In this document: piece after piece, positions 9,139 to 20,217 of the stretch
Layout of the letters: each line of letters starts with the position of its first letter
Position numbering within the stretch: position 1 is the first letter of the stretch
From: Prorocentrum cordatum
Taxonomy: Eukaryota
Length of the DNA stretch: 64,000 nucleotides
NCBI GenBank assembly: GCA_963575745.1
Contig: CAUYUJ010000187.1
Coordinates: 1 to 64,000, forward strand
Direction: 5' to 3'
The notes under the pieces: model-generated
Told to the model about the DNA's origin: nothing
Databases searched by the model: none
What the model saw: only the letters and a program-made list of their open reading frames with translations
Made by a program: the position numbers and the translations under genes

Positions 9139-12100
9139 GTGGACGCGCTGCAGGGCGTCCCGCTCGGGCTCGACGCCTTCGCTGCCCTGGCCAAAGACAG
9201 GCGGGTCCGCGAGGCCATGGATGCCCCGGCGGCCGAAGAGCCGCGCCGCGAGGCGCTCGGGGAGGAGGATAAGGAGGAGGAAGAACAGGAACAGGAGACA
9301 GAGGAGCAGGAAGAGGAGGAGCAGGAGCAGGAAGAGCAGGAGCAGGAGAGGGGCGACGAGGAGCGGAGGGAGCAGGAGAAGGGAGACGCAGTGATGGCGG
9401 ACGCAGGGGAAGAGCCGCAGGGCATGGCGGACGAGGAGGAGCTGCCCACGGGCATCGGCGAGGAGCACAAGGATTTCGTGCGGTACGTGCTGGGGACCTG
9501 CATGCTGTCGTCGGTGCCCGTCGCGCCCAGGTTCTTCGCGGGGGAGGCCCCGGACGCGGAGCTGCAGCGGCAGGTGGCGGAGCTGGAGCGGCTGCGGGAC
9601 GTCGCCCTGGGGCTCGACGCGGCCACGGCGCAGGACAGCGTGGCGCGGTCGCAGGCGATCCGGCGCCTGCGCCAGGCCGACCCCGAGCTGCTGCGCCGCA
9701 CGCCCGTGCCCAAGTCGGACGTGCGGGAGCCTTGGGAGCAGTGGCAGCGCCTGCTCCAACGGCTCGAGCAGGAGGGCGTGGAGCGCGAGGTCTGGGTCTG
9801 CTGCCGCCCCGAGCCGCTGCGCTGGCGCGCGCCGCTCCGCGACGATGGCAAGCCCGGGCCGGTCCGCGCGCCGCTGCTGCCGTCGCTGGACGCCGCCGAG
9901 GGAGAGGTCTGGAGGCCGGGGGAGGTGCGCGAGGCGACGCGGCAGGCGCGGTACGCAGAGCAGGCGCGGCGGGACGGCGCTGCTGGCGCCCCGGTGCACG
10001 GCAGCGTGCTCCTGCGCCTGGCCTCCGATTTCCTGTGCTACAAGTGCCAGCAGGATTTCGAGGGCGCGCGGGAGCTGACCGACGGAGAGGTTGATGGTTG
10101 GTGTAAGAGGTTGCATTTCGCGCCGAAGAAGCTGCCTAGCCAGGCGGTGAAGCGCGAGGCGGTGGAGGCGGAGCGCGCCCGCGCCAGGAAGCGCGCGCGG
10201 GCGGCCCAGTGCGCGGCGAGGGGGGAGAACGGATTCGCTGTGTTCCGTCGCCTCCTGCTGGAGGACGAGTGCTTCCGCCAGGACACTTGCGAAGCGAGCG
10301 TGCAGCTCGACCAGCGACACGCCCTGGAGCCCTGGTACCAGCGCGCGGGGCCCGACGGGAGCAGGCTGGCGCCGTGGCCGCGCGTCTTCGGTACCCCGAA
10401 ATCGTGGGCTGGCCATGGCGGCGCGTTCTTCTCTGAGGCCGTGGGGTCGGGCTTCGCCGCCGACGCGTTCCCCCAGGGGCGGCGCGGCTACTATACGGGC
10501 GATCCGGGCGACGTGTCCGCGGAGCTCTGGCTGTTGCGGGCCTGGTGCCGCGCGCGCGGCGGCGTCGCTCGCATGGGTGGCGCCCTGGCCGCGCGCTTGC
10601 AGCAGCTCGAGGGCGACCGCGACATCATGTGCAGGGTGGAGGCCGCCGAGTGCGCGCGGCAGGTCTCTTGTGCTGTCCCGCCCGTGTATTTGGCGGACCT
10701 GAAGCCGCAGGCGATCCCCGAGTGGCCCGTGTGGCAGCAGCTCCTCAAGCTGAAGCCTCAGGCGGCGCGGCAGGTGGCGACTTTCGTGCGCCAGGAGCGG
10801 GCGGGCGTGGGCTTCACGTGGAACCTCGCCGCGGGGCACTGGGACCTGGACCAGCAGCGCCTGCTCGCCGCGCTCGAGAGGGATCCCGCGTTGCTCGCCG
10901 CGGTGGAGAAGGGCGCCGCGGCTGCAGAGACGGACAAGGGCGTTCTGATTGCCCTCAACCAGTTCCGTGCCCGTCACGGCGGTGTCTGGCCGGACGCGTT
11001 CGCCGATCGGCGCGGGCAGCCCGATTTCAAGGAAGCGAAACTCGCGCGGGGTGTTGCAAGGGTGGCGAAGAAGTATTCGCAGGAATTCGTGCGCATCTGG
11101 TTGGACCGGACATGCCGCGAATGGCTGCGGCTGGCGGGGTGCGGGGATGAGGTGGTGGGAGGAGGGGCCGGCGGCGACGACTCTTCCGGGGGCGGCGGCG
11201 GCGGCGGCGGCGGGTCCTCTTCGGGCAGCGGTGCGGGCGGTGGACCAGCGTCGGGGTCGGGCTCTGGTGCGCAGGGGCCGGGCGACGGTGGCGCGGGCGG
11301 CGACGGCGAGGGGGGCGCGGGCGGGGGTGCGGGTCGGCTGCTCGGCGGCGGACCCAAGAGGCCAGCTCCCGAGGGGCCAGGGCCGCGGACTCGCGGGGCG
11401 GCGAGAAGGGACCGGGAGCGGTTGCAGCAGGAGCGGCTGCGGAAGGAAGAGGAGGAGCGCCTCGCAGGGAAGACAGTGAGGGCAGGGGACGTGGAGGTGA
11501 ACGTGGCTCTGGATGACCCTCACGTGAGCGAGGAGGGCACCTTGCCGGCCTGGCTCCTGGACCCCGCGCCGCTCGCCGCGGGCAGGTGCGTCGCGCGCGT
11601 CTGGCGCCCGTACAAGGGCGGATGCGTTCTCTGGCAGTGCAGCAGGAACCCGTGCAAGGGTCAGGGAGTGTTCTGTGGGAGCCACGGCAGTCCCGAGCAG
11701 CGACCCTTCGGGCTGTGGGACCCGGACAAGCGCCACAGCTCCCTGACGCGCGAGTGTCCGGAACGGTACGGCTTGGCCGTGAAGGAGGCGCGGTTGCGCG
11801 AGACGCAGGCCGGCGGCGCCCCGCCCGTGCCTACCCCGGCCATCGCTGCCGCTCGCAAGGCGCGCGTGCCCAGGCTCCAGCCGAAGTATGTGCCTCTGCC
11901 GCGTGACGAGCGCCACCCTCTGCGGGCGTTCAACGAGGCCCCGGAGGCTCTCCCGCCGTTCCCGTGCCGCCTTTGCGACCAGAACTTCGCCACGCATGCC
12001 GGCTTCATGACGCACGTGCAAAAAAAGCACCACGGGTGGCCGGAGTACAGGAAGCGCCTGTTCTACCTGGCCGAGCAGTGGCCGGAGAAGGACGGAGACG

Positions 12101-15100
12101 TGCGGCCCGTGAGGCCCCAGGAGTGGCGGCAGTGCGTGGAGGCCTTCTCTGAGCACCTCGTCACGGGGTCTCACGACTGGCCGGCCTGCGCAGCGCCCGC
12201 CGACGTCTCGGGGGGCGCCGCCGCCGCCGCTGCCGCGCCGGACGCGCCGCGCGCCTGGTGGAAGCCGCCAGGCGCGGACGGGGCCGTGCCGCCCGCGGGC
12301 GTGGACATGCCGCCCGTGGACTTGGACGCGCTGGGCGCTGCTCCGGCGGCGTCGGACGCCGAGGGGCCCGAGCCTGGGCAGAGTCGCCGCGCCGTGCGCT
12401 CGAGGGTCGCCTGCTGCGTCTGCGCTCGTCTCCACTGGGCGGACGAGCTGCAGCGCGTGCACTTCTGGCAGCAGCCGGACGGCGCCGGGGAGCGTTCGCT
12501 GCTCTGCGACGAGGTGCCGAAGCGGCCCGCGCGCGCCGAGCTCGAGGCGGCGAGGGGAGAGGCATCCGAGGCCGCAGGCGCGCAGGCTCAGGCCATGCGC
12601 CTGACGCAGCGGCAGCGCGCCCACGCGCTGCTGGACCCGGCACGGTACCACGCCCGGTGGCGCTTCGTGCGCGAGGGCCCCGACGGCGTCGAGCGCCCGG
12701 GCGGCATCCCCCTCGAGGAGCTGGAGGCGTCCGCAGTGCGCGACCCTGGCCCAGACGGGAAGCTGTGGCTCTTGCACAAGAAGTGCTTCACGATTGACAG
12801 GCGCCAGTCAGACGGAGTGCTCGTGGCCGACGCGAAGCAGAAGGTGCCCATCTGTGCAGGGTGTCACGGCGCGCTCACCAAGAGGTTGCCCACGATGCCG
12901 ACCTGCGCGCTGGCCAACGACCTCTGGATCGGGCGGCTGCCACTGCCGCTGCGGAATCTCACGCTGGGCGCGAAGCTTCTGCTGCCCATCGCGCGGGGCA
13001 TCGTGCGGCGGTTCAACTGCAAGGCCGATTCTGGCGAGTGGGCTCCAATCGACCAGAAGATCAAGGCGTACGTGGGGAACTTCGTGGCGTTCCCGCAGGC
13101 GGACGGCGGTCGGCAGGTGCTGTCGCTGCCGCCGCGGGAGAGCGACCTCGTCGAGTTCGTGCAGATTGTCTTCGCGGGGTCCGACCCCGCCACCCTGCAG
13201 AAGGCGCTATTGGAGGAGCTCGGCGTGCCCCTCGCCGATTTCAGGCGCGCTTACGAGTACCTCCGCGACACGAACGAGCAGTGCGCCGCGGTGCGGTGGG
13301 ACGAAGAGGCCGCGCGAAACTTTGCGGACCCCGGGGGCGACGGCGATGGCGACGGCTCCTCGCTCCTGGGCCTGCCTCGCTGTCTCGCGGCGTGCGTGGC
13401 CGCGGGGGGTAAGGGCGGCGACGCTCGCCAGGAGGGCCCGGCCGATGCCGTGCAGCCCGGCGCGGGCTCGGCCCCGCCGAAGCGGACGAGTGCAGGCGCT
13501 GCGAGCGCGGAGGGCGAAGCGAACGCGGCGGCTGACGGCGGGGGCGAGGCAGGGGGCTGGGGCGGGGACCCCACCGGTGAGGACGCTGCGGGCGCTGGCG
13601 GGGGGGACTCAGAGGGCGACGAGGGCAAGGCTGGTGAGGGAGGGGGCGGCGAGGGTGTCGAAGAGGGCGAGTACTGCGCCGCAGTCGCGGACTCCGACAT
13701 GCTGGCCGATCTGGACAAGCAGTGGCAGAACGTGCACCTCAGCCTCCAGAGGGCGGAGGTGATTGTGCGCGAGAAGCAGCGTGCGGAGGCACTAACGCGG
13801 CAGTGCGACGGCGTGGAGAATTTCCAGGACCGAGATTCCGACCGGCGCTTGGCGGAGGCTGCGAAAGAGGCCCACAAGGCTGCGAAATTGCTCACCAACT
13901 GCAAGAAGGAGGCACTCGCGAAGAAGCTGGAGCAGACGGAGCAGAAGATTCAGGCCACGCGGCCTCCTCCGGGAGTTGCCGGGAAGAGCGCGGCCGGTGG
14001 CGGCGGCGGCGGCGGCGCGCCGGACGGGGGCGCTGAGGGCGGGGGGGCGAGGCGTGCGGTCCGGGTCGTCGTGCCCACTGGAACCGAGCCTGTCAGCATG
14101 TTCTCCCCCGGCTTCTGGAGTGCTTTCGACCCCGTCGCGTTTCCGTGCGGCGACGGCGTCTTCGGACTCGAGAGGGAGGCGAAATTGACGTACGACGAGT
14201 GGTGCAGGTGCCTCATGGCTCGCGAGGAGCTCGAGTACGAGGTCGCCGACGACGTCTCGGCACCCGACGCTGCGCGGGCGCCCGCCGCGTCTGACTCGCC
14301 CGTGCCGCGCTGGCGTCGCCACGCTGACCTGCTCACGGCCCAGTATTGCCTCTGGCGCAGGAAGGCTATCATTAAGTCGGCCAGGTTATTCGTGCGCAAG
14401 CAGCGCCTGGGGGAGTACATCGCGGACCTCGCCGCACTGACGCCAGAGGAGCTGGCGCAGGTCGTGGCCGTGCTCGGCAGGGGGGCGGGCATCAAGGAGG
14501 CCCTGGGCCACGAGGGCGTGCCCCGGAACGTCAAGAGCGCGCTGCGCAGCATGCTGCTCAGCAACCGTGATGTTGTCGGCTCCGACGCGCACCGGACCAC
14601 GCTGCGGCACATCAGTACCAGCTACACCCGGCTCTTCGGTCCGCCCCTGGTGTTCACGACGCCGAACATCGCGGACACTCGGAACCTGATGGTGTCCCTG
14701 ATGTACGAGGGCGCCTCCGTGCAGCAATGGCGGCTGCTGGAGGAGACTGCTCCCGTGATGCCTTCGACGCGGGACATGCTGCGGCGGGTGGCCGCTGACC
14801 CGGTGTCGCAGGCCATGGTCACGAACCTCATGCTGGAACTGTTCCTGGAGCATGTCGTCGGCGTCACGCCGCAGCGCGGGGCCACGGGCGTCTCCGACGG
14901 CGTGGCCGCCACGGGGGCGTGTGGAGCGTTCGGGCTCGTCCGCGCGTTCTTCGGACCCGTGGAGTCGCAGGGGCGCGGCGGCATCCATCCGCACATCCAC
15001 TTGTGGCGCCTGCACCCGATGACTGGCGCGTTCCTCGCGAGGCTGCGCGCGGGGGACGTCGAAGGCCTCGAGGAGCGTTTGAGGAAGTGGAGGGAGGCCG

Positions 15101-18100
15101 TGCTCGCCGCGGTCGGCAGCGTGCAGTTCGACGCGGCGGAGGAGGTGGGCCGGCAGCTGGGCTTGGACGGGCCGGACCGGCTGCCGCCGCTTCCGCTCGG
15201 CCCGCGGGATCGACGACTCGCGTTCGCGGACGGGAAGCGAGAGGAGAGCGACCTCCAATTGAAGCACAATACCATCGCTGGCGCCTCGCGTCGCCAGCTC
15301 GGGAAGTTTTGCAAGACGGCGTACGAAGAGGGCCGTCGCTCCGTCCGTGCTGACAACAAATTGTCCACAGAAGAGCTGCGGAATCAGGTTGCGGCCATGA
15401 TGAACGTCGATCTTGTGGAGGAGCGGGCGACGCTGCAGCAGCAACAGCCCGCAATAGAGGGTCCGCTCCGGCAGCGCCCGTTCGCGCCGCTGGCAGATCC
15501 AGAGCCCGATCCCCATGAGCAGCGGGCACAGTACCCAGCGGTATTTGGCGAGCCTCTCACGGGTGCGCACGCGACGCTGCAGCCGCAGTACCGCCGCAAG
15601 CCTGCGTACCGCGTGCGCGCGGACGGCACCGCGGCGATGCACTTTGCGGAGGGCTCGAGGGAGGAGGCGCACAACTGGGCGCGCTGCTTCGCGCGGGACG
15701 CACGCAAGTGTATCATCCGGAGCCACCTTCACAGGTGCGGTCCCACTTGCTGGAAGCTCAAGACGAATGACGACGTGCCTCAGCACTGCAAGGTGTGCCG
15801 GCTCGGCTTCTACCACGAGTGCGAGACTGCGGTCTACAGCCACCCGTCCAGGAAGCTTCCGGCCGCCTCCTTCGTCTGGCGGCGCTTGCGCAAAGGAAAG
15901 GACTTGGTCTTGCCCGATGGGGCGCGGATCGAGTACGGCCCACCGCAGGAGGACCAGCGGAACCCGCCGGGCGAACGCCTGGTCCTCGACGAACAGTGCA
16001 CGTACGGCCCGTGGCCGCACCGCTGCAACCGGTACGGCAGAGCTGGTCGCGTCGACGTGGTGCGGTACCACCCGTACCATGGGAGCACGAACCCTGTGGG
16101 CCAGGTGTGTCTGCGGAGCAACCTGGACGTCCAGTGTCTGGACCGCGTGGTGCTCGACCTGCCTGGCGACGCCAGCGTCGGGGGTTCGCGCGACGGCGAC
16201 CCGGTCGTGCCGCCGCCTCCGGAGCTTGTTGCGTTCGCCGAGCTGGTCGCCAACGCGTCGGAAGCGCTGGCTGGCGTCGAGATTGGCGGCACCGGTGGCG
16301 ACGAGGGCACCGGGCAGAGCGGAGGTTCCACGGGTTCGGGGGTGTCGGCCGCAACGCAGGGCGGGGGCGGGGCGGGCCAGAGGGCGGCGCGCGCGGCTGC
16401 GGCGGGGGGGGGGCGCCTGCCCGTGGCCCGCCGCCTCGGCCTGCCCAGGGGGGGAGGCTTGCTCGGCGGGGCGCCGACCACGATGGACGATCCCGACGCG
16501 GAGATCTGGGACATGGGTGGGGGCGATGAAGATCCGTGCGAGTGCGATCTGGCCGATGCGTATGACCTGCGTCCGCCGTCTCCGCCGACGCCGGAACAGC
16601 GCGGCGTCGAGCAGGCAGTCGGGCTAGCAGAGCCACATGGCGAGGACACCGCGAGGTTCTGCGCGGCTGCGTGTTACGAAGGCAGCCGGCCCGGGTTCGT
16701 GTTCAAGAAGGGGGAGCAGGGCCTGGGCTACTACAGCGACCGTCGCGCGGAGCGCGAGTTGTCGGAGGCAGCCGTCCAGAGAGAGCCGAAGTCGCGGGCG
16801 CCAGGCCGCGCCGCGTCGAACGCGGCGGCGTCTGGCAGGCCTGCATCGAGCGCGCCCCCGTCGCCAGCCGCCGCCGCAGCTGCTGGCGCGAGCGGCAGCG
16901 GTCCGCTCGGCAGCCTGCAAGAGCACGTGCTGCACTCGCTGGAGGCCGTTTTCATGGATGCCATCAATATGGCCCACTACCAGACGGACTACACGACCAA
17001 GGCGGGGCCGATCGCGGGGGACCTCGGAGTGCTGCACGCGCAGAGCACCGGGTTGGAGTGGCTTCGACTCCAGCAGAAGGCCGAACGCGAGGCGGATGAG
17101 GCGGCGGAGGCGGAGGGCGAGGAGGACGTCGATGGGGCCCGGGCCGCTGCTGCCGCTCGTCGCAGCGGCTGGGGCGGAGTGCTCGACTCTGCCAGGCGAA
17201 CTGTCATCAAGCTCACGACCAGCTCGCACCGGTCGCTCCTGAAGAAGCTGCCCGAGATGATGTTTCAGATGCAGTATGGCCACGAGTGCTATTGCTCTCA
17301 TGACACCTGGACTCTGTATTGCAAGGGGATCGTGGCGCTGGCGTTCCAGGCAAGCTCCGCCGTTCATCAGAAAATGGACGACTTCTGGACCGACCCGCGC
17401 GCAGACCACATCGAGGTGGACCAGCCGGCCGCGGGAGAAGAGGACGGCGAGGGGGGGGGCGGTATCATGGATGCGCTGGGCGACGGGCGCGCAGCGCTGC
17501 ACGCCGAGGTCGTCGACGGCGTTGTCGGGGAGGGCGCGGCCGCCGGTACTGCTGGGGAGGGGAAGCCCGAGCAGGAGCAGCAGCAGGCGGTGGAATACAA
17601 GGCGCGGCTGGACCACGACATGAAGATGGACTGGCTGCATCGCGGCGACAGGGAGCCCCTGAAGTCCATGGGCATGTACCATTACGCCATGTACGTGTAC
17701 ACGGCGCAGGCCAACCCGCTCCACTTCGACCCGCAGGACTTCGAGACGTACGCGTTCGCGGACTCGCACCCGACTGCCGCCTTCCGAGTGCAGAGGCTCC
17801 GCGTCGGCGCGCCGTTCAGGGTGCCCAAGTTCTTCGGCTTCACGATGCCTTCGAAGGAGAAAGAGGCAGAGGTGAACGCGCTGTTCAAGTCTGTGATCTT
17901 TCGTCCGTTGCAGCCTGCTGAGAAGGGGGCTGCGGCCTGGGCGCCCTACAGGGCCGGTGTCGACGCGTCTGGGAAGCATAAGCCTGCCTGGGAGGAGTGG
18001 TGGGCCAATCAGTTGGCGTTGTCCAGGCAGTGCGAGGAGTGCGAGCGGCGAGCTGGAAAGTGGTTCACGATCGAGGACATCGATTTGAACCGGGGCTCAG

Positions 18101-20217
18101 AGGATGGCCCGGGCCATTTTGCACAGCGCCCCAGCGCCGCCGAGTTCATGGCACGCTGGACCGTCCAGGTCGCGACGAACCTCGACGTGGAGGCGGAGGC
18201 GAAGGGGCGGCCGCGAACCAAGGTCCGTCCGGAGGCCAAGGACTTCGAGCAGTCTGCTGAGCTGGAGGCAGTGGGGAATCGGCCTGCCGGGGAGGCAGAC
18301 GAGGAGGGGGCGGGCGCCGGCGGCGGAGCGCTGGACGGTTTTGTTCAGGAGGTGGACGAGGGCGAGGCGGACGAAGCGTGGGCGGCGCACCGACAGATGC
18401 CCGCGCACGCCTTGAAGGATAGCGAGGTGCCCGCGGTGGCCCAGTTGGAGCTTATTCGTGGGTCGGCACAAAGCTTGGTCTATAAGAATATCTTTCTTGA
18501 CGGCTATGCGAAAGACCATAAGCCGCAGCCTGCTGTCGCGAGTACTGGAATGCAGACCGGCTTCCGCGGTCTCGAGTTGGACGACTCCCAGTTCGAGGAG
18601 GGCAAGGCACAGCAGAAGGAGGCGTTCCGATACAGGAAAAAGGGAGCAGAGGGCTTGCCTGGGGATGGCGACGGGCGGAGCGGCCTCGCGGGTTCGGCGC
18701 CTGCCGTGCTCGTGCCTGGTCGGCCGCCGGCGCCCGCGGTTGCCGGCGACGAGAAGCGGCCGCCGCGGGCGCGCGACATCGCGGAGAGGCTGTTTGACGA
18801 GTGGGCGAACAGGGCGGAGAACCCCGTGACGTTCAATCCGGAGCAGAAGGCGGTGGTCGCCCTGCTCGTGGGCCAGGTGGAGGCCATCGTGGCATACCAT
18901 CAAGATCTGGACAGCGGAAAAAGCCCTAAGCCGGTGGAGCAGATGGCTCTCCTGTTGCACGGGGAGGGCGGGACGGGGAAGACGGAGGTGGTAAAACTGC
19001 TGCGACGTCTGCTCAACGAGGTGTTCGGCGCGGGATCGGAGATCGCCGTGGCCTCGTCGAACAGCGCTGCGCGCGTCATCGGGGGGGAGACGATCCACAG
19101 CGGCTTCGGGCTGAGCGGCCAACAGGCCATGGACATCAGAACGCTGTCTAGACAGAAGGTCGATGACATCGTGGACCGCATGAACGACCTCAAGGCCGTC
19201 ATCGTGGAGGAGGTGTCCATGGTGCCGCCCCAGCTTCTCGGCGCTGCATCGTTTCGCATGTGCAAAGCCCGTAAGGCTCAGTATAATTGCGATGTGAACC
19301 TGTACATGGCGCGGGGCCACATGTTCGGGAAGGTTCCGATTGTCATGTTCCTGGGGGATTTTTATCAGTTGGGGCCGGTGAGCGGCAAGGGCAGAAGGTC
19401 TTCCTTGCTGCAGCCCGAGTCGCCCGAGGCGCCGGTTCACGTCCGCAATGGGCAGTCCATGTTCCTGGACGGGCTCACCCACGCGATGTTTCTGTACGAG
19501 ACGCACCGCTTCAAGGACCGTCTCGTTACTCCGCACGCGCCCTGCCCTTTCATGCCCGGCTTCTTGAAGACCATGAGGCAGGGCAAAAAGTTTACGGCCG
19601 AGCAGAAAAGGATGGTGCAAAAGTGGGTGGTCCGACCTGGTAAGAACGATAAGCGGTTGCAGGACCCCCATGTCAAGGACGGTTTCGAGATGGGCATCGC
19701 CTGGGAGGCCGTGCACAGGCAGATGCAGTATCGGGCCGTGCGAGAGGCCAGGGATAGAGGGCAGATGCTGCTGTACGTGCAGGCCGTGGACCTGCCTCCA
19801 AGGCCATTCGGTGCGGAGCATCACAAGGCCATGCTTCAGGTGCCGAACGTGAACAACACTGGTCACCTCATCGGCATGTGCCCGCTGTACATCGGCATGC
19901 GTGTGCGGTTGAACGTGAAGTTGTCGGCGAAGCACCAGATCGTCCAGGACGCCGTGGGGGAAGTCGTGGACGTGAGGTTCCATCCGCGAGAGTTCGAGAC
20001 GCCAGACGCGGATTGGCGCGAAAAGAAGCTTCACGACGCCCACCGGATCGGTTATTATCGATGCAAATGTTTGCCGCGCGGTGTCCTCGTCAGGTTTGAT
20101 GGCCTCGAGAAGGACTTTGGGTTCGGAAAAGGGGTTGTGCAGATCGCGCCGCACAGGGCGTCCTGGGAGTGGAACCATCACTACGAGACGAGGGCGAGCG
20201 AAAGCTTCGGAAGGTGA
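9139..20217 (+). CDS. Helitron RepHel: C3H and C2H2 zinc fingers, DUF6570-like region, HUH (Y2) Rep and PIF1-family helicase motifs I-IV
   Basis: CRLC..H..H (~11965-12033); PTCALANDLWIG (~12900); GSDAHR...GPPLVFTTPN (14578-14667); VESQGRGGIHPHIHLW (14959-15006); HYQTDYTTK (16975-17001); GEGGTGKT (18961-18984); IVEEVSM (19201); GDFYQL (19354). Confidence 0.92.
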   Translation: MDALQGVPLGLDAFAALAKDRRVREAMDAPAAEEPRREALGEEDKEEEEQEQETEEQEEEEQEQEEQEQERGDEERREQEKGDAVMADAGEEPQGMADEEELPTGIGEEHKDFVRYVLGTCMLSSVPVAPRFFAGEAPDAELQRQVAELERLRDVALGLDAATAQDSVARSQAIRRLRQADPELLRRTPVPKSDVREPWEQWQRLLQRLEQEGVEREVWVCCRPEPLRWRAPLRDDGKPGPVRAPLLPSLDAAEGEVWRPGEVREATRQARYAEQARRDGAAGAPVHGSVLLRLASDFLCYKCQQDFEGARELTDGEVDGWCKRLHFAPKKLPSQAVKREAVEAERARARKRARAAQCAARGENGFAVFRRLLLEDECFRQDTCEASVQLDQRHALEPWYQRAGPDGSRLAPWPRVFGTPKSWAGHGGAFFSEAVGSGFAADAFPQGRRGYYTGDPGDVSAELWLLRAWCRARGGVARMGGALAARLQQLEGDRDIMCRVEAAECARQVSCAVPPVYLADLKPQAIPEWPVWQQLLKLKPQAARQVATFVRQERAGVGFTWNLAAGHWDLDQQRLLAALERDPALLAAVEKGAAAAETDKGVLIALNQFRARHGGVWPDAFADRRGQPDFKEAKLARGVARVAKKYSQEFVRIWLDRTCREWLRLAGCGDEVVGGGAGGDDSSGGGGGGGGGSSSGSGAGGGPASGSGSGAQGPGDGGAGGDGEGGAGGGAGRLLGGGPKRPAPEGPGPRTRGAARRDRERLQQERLRKEEEERLAGKTVRAGDVEVNVALDDPHVSEEGTLPAWLLDPAPLAAGRCVARVWRPYKGGCVLWQCSRNPCKGQGVFCGSHGSPEQRPFGLWDPDKRHSSLTRECPERYGLAVKEARLRETQAGGAPPVPTPAIAAARKARVPRLQPKYVPLPRDERHPLRAFNEAPEALPPFPCRLCDQNFATHAGFMTHVQKKHHGWPEYRKRLFYLAEQWPEKDGDVRPVRPQEWRQCVEAFSEHLVTGSHDWPACAAPADVSGGAAAAAAAPDAPRAWWKPPGADGAVPPAGVDMPPVDLDALGAAPAASDAEGPEPGQSRRAVRSRVACCVCARLHWADELQRVHFWQQPDGAGERSLLCDEVPKRPARAELEAARGEASEAAGAQAQAMRLTQRQRAHALLDPARYHARWRFVREGPDGVERPGGIPLEELEASAVRDPGPDGKLWLLHKKCFTIDRRQSDGVLVADAKQKVPICAGCHGALTKRLPTMPTCALANDLWIGRLPLPLRNLTLGAKLLLPIARGIVRRFNCKADSGEWAPIDQKIKAYVGNFVAFPQADGGRQVLSLPPRESDLVEFVQIVFAGSDPATLQKALLEELGVPLADFRRAYEYLRDTNEQCAAVRWDEEAARNFADPGGDGDGDGSSLLGLPRCLAACVAAGGKGGDARQEGPADAVQPGAGSAPPKRTSAGAASAEGEANAAADGGGEAGGWGGDPTGEDAAGAGGGDSEGDEGKAGEGGGGEGVEEGEYCAAVADSDMLADLDKQWQNVHLSLQRAEVIVREKQRAEALTRQCDGVENFQDRDSDRRLAEAAKEAHKAAKLLTNCKKEALAKKLEQTEQKIQATRPPPGVAGKSAAGGGGGGGAPDGGAEGGGARRAVRVVVPTGTEPVSMFSPGFWSAFDPVAFPCGDGVFGLEREAKLTYDEWCRCLMAREELEYEVADDVSAPDAARAPAASDSPVPRWRRHADLLTAQYCLWRRKAIIKSARLFVRKQRLGEYIADLAALTPEELAQVVAVLGRGAGIKEALGHEGVPRNVKSALRSMLLSNRDVVGSDAHRTTLRHISTSYTRLFGPPLVFTTPNIADTRNLMVSLMYEGASVQQWRLLEETAPVMPSTRDMLRRVAADPVSQAMVTNLMLELFLEHVVGVTPQRGATGVSDGVAATGACGAFGLVRAFFGPVESQGRGGIHPHIHLWRLHPMTGAFLARLRAGDVEGLEERLRKWREAVLAAVGSVQFDAAEEVGRQLGLDGPDRLPPLPLGPRDRRLAFADGKREESDLQLKHNTIAGASRRQLGKFCKTAYEEGRRSVRADNKLSTEELRNQVAAMMNVDLVEERATLQQQQPAIEGPLRQRPFAPLADPEPDPHEQRAQYPAVFGEPLTGAHATLQPQYRRKPAYRVRADGTAAMHFAEGSREEAHNWARCFARDARKCIIRSHLHRCGPTCWKLKTNDDVPQHCKVCRLGFYHECETAVYSHPSRKLPAASFVWRRLRKGKDLVLPDGARIEYGPPQEDQRNPPGERLVLDEQCTYGPWPHRCNRYGRAGRVDVVRYHPYHGSTNPVGQVCLRSNLDVQCLDRVVLDLPGDASVGGSRDGDPVVPPPPELVAFAELVANASEALAGVEIGGTGGDEGTGQSGGSTGSGVSAATQGGGGAGQRAARAAAAGGGRLPVARRLGLPRGGGLLGGAPTTMDDPDAEIWDMGGGDEDPCECDLADAYDLRPPSPPTPEQRGVEQAVGLAEPHGEDTARFCAAACYEGSRPGFVFKKGEQGLGYYSDRRAERELSEAAVQREPKSRAPGRAASNAAASGRPASSAPPSPAAAAAAGASGSGPLGSLQEHVLHSLEAVFMDAINMAHYQTDYTTKAGPIAGDLGVLHAQSTGLEWLRLQQKAEREADEAAEAEGEEDVDGARAAAAARRSGWGGVLDSARRTVIKLTTSSHRSLLKKLPEMMFQMQYGHECYCSHDTWTLYCKGIVALAFQASSAVHQKMDDFWTDPRADHIEVDQPAAGEEDGEGGGGIMDALGDGRAALHAEVVDGVVGEGAAAGTAGEGKPEQEQQQAVEYKARLDHDMKMDWLHRGDREPLKSMGMYHYAMYVYTAQANPLHFDPQDFETYAFADSHPTAAFRVQRLRVGAPFRVPKFFGFTMPSKEKEAEVNALFKSVIFRPLQPAEKGAAAWAPYRAGVDASGKHKPAWEEWWANQLALSRQCEECERRAGKWFTIEDIDLNRGSEDGPGHFAQRPSAAEFMARWTVQVATNLDVEAEAKGRPRTKVRPEAKDFEQSAELEAVGNRPAGEADEEGAGAGGGALDGFVQEVDEGEADEAWAAHRQMPAHALKDSEVPAVAQLELIRGSAQSLVYKNIFLDGYAKDHKPQPAVASTGMQTGFRGLELDDSQFEEGKAQQKEAFRYRKKGAEGLPGDGDGRSGLAGSAPAVLVPGRPPAPAVAGDEKRPPRARDIAERLFDEWANRAENPVTFNPEQKAVVALLVGQVEAIVAYHQDLDSGKSPKPVEQMALLLHGEGGTGKTEVVKLLRRLLNEVFGAGSEIAVASSNSAARVIGGETIHSGFGLSGQQAMDIRTLSRQKVDDIVDRMNDLKAVIVEEVSMVPPQLLGAASFRMCKARKAQYNCDVNLYMARGHMFGKVPIVMFLGDFYQLGPVSGKGRRSSLLQPESPEAPVHVRNGQSMFLDGLTHAMFLYETHRFKDRLVTPHAPCPFMPGFLKTMRQGKKFTAEQKRMVQKWVVRPGKNDKRLQDPHVKDGFEMGIAWEAVHRQMQYRAVREARDRGQMLLYVQAVDLPPRPFGAEHHKAMLQVPNVNNTGHLIGMCPLYIGMRVRLNVKLSAKHQIVQDAVGEVVDVRFHPREFETPDADWREKKLHDAHRIGYYRCKCLPRGVLVRFDGLEKDFGFGKGVVQIAPHRASWEWNHHYETRASESFGR

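Noticed and set aside
8092..12777. 1561-aa minus-strand ORF and other long ORFs overlapping RepHel
   Set aside because: These are antisense or alternate-frame shadows of a GC-rich coding region and contain no recognisable motifs.
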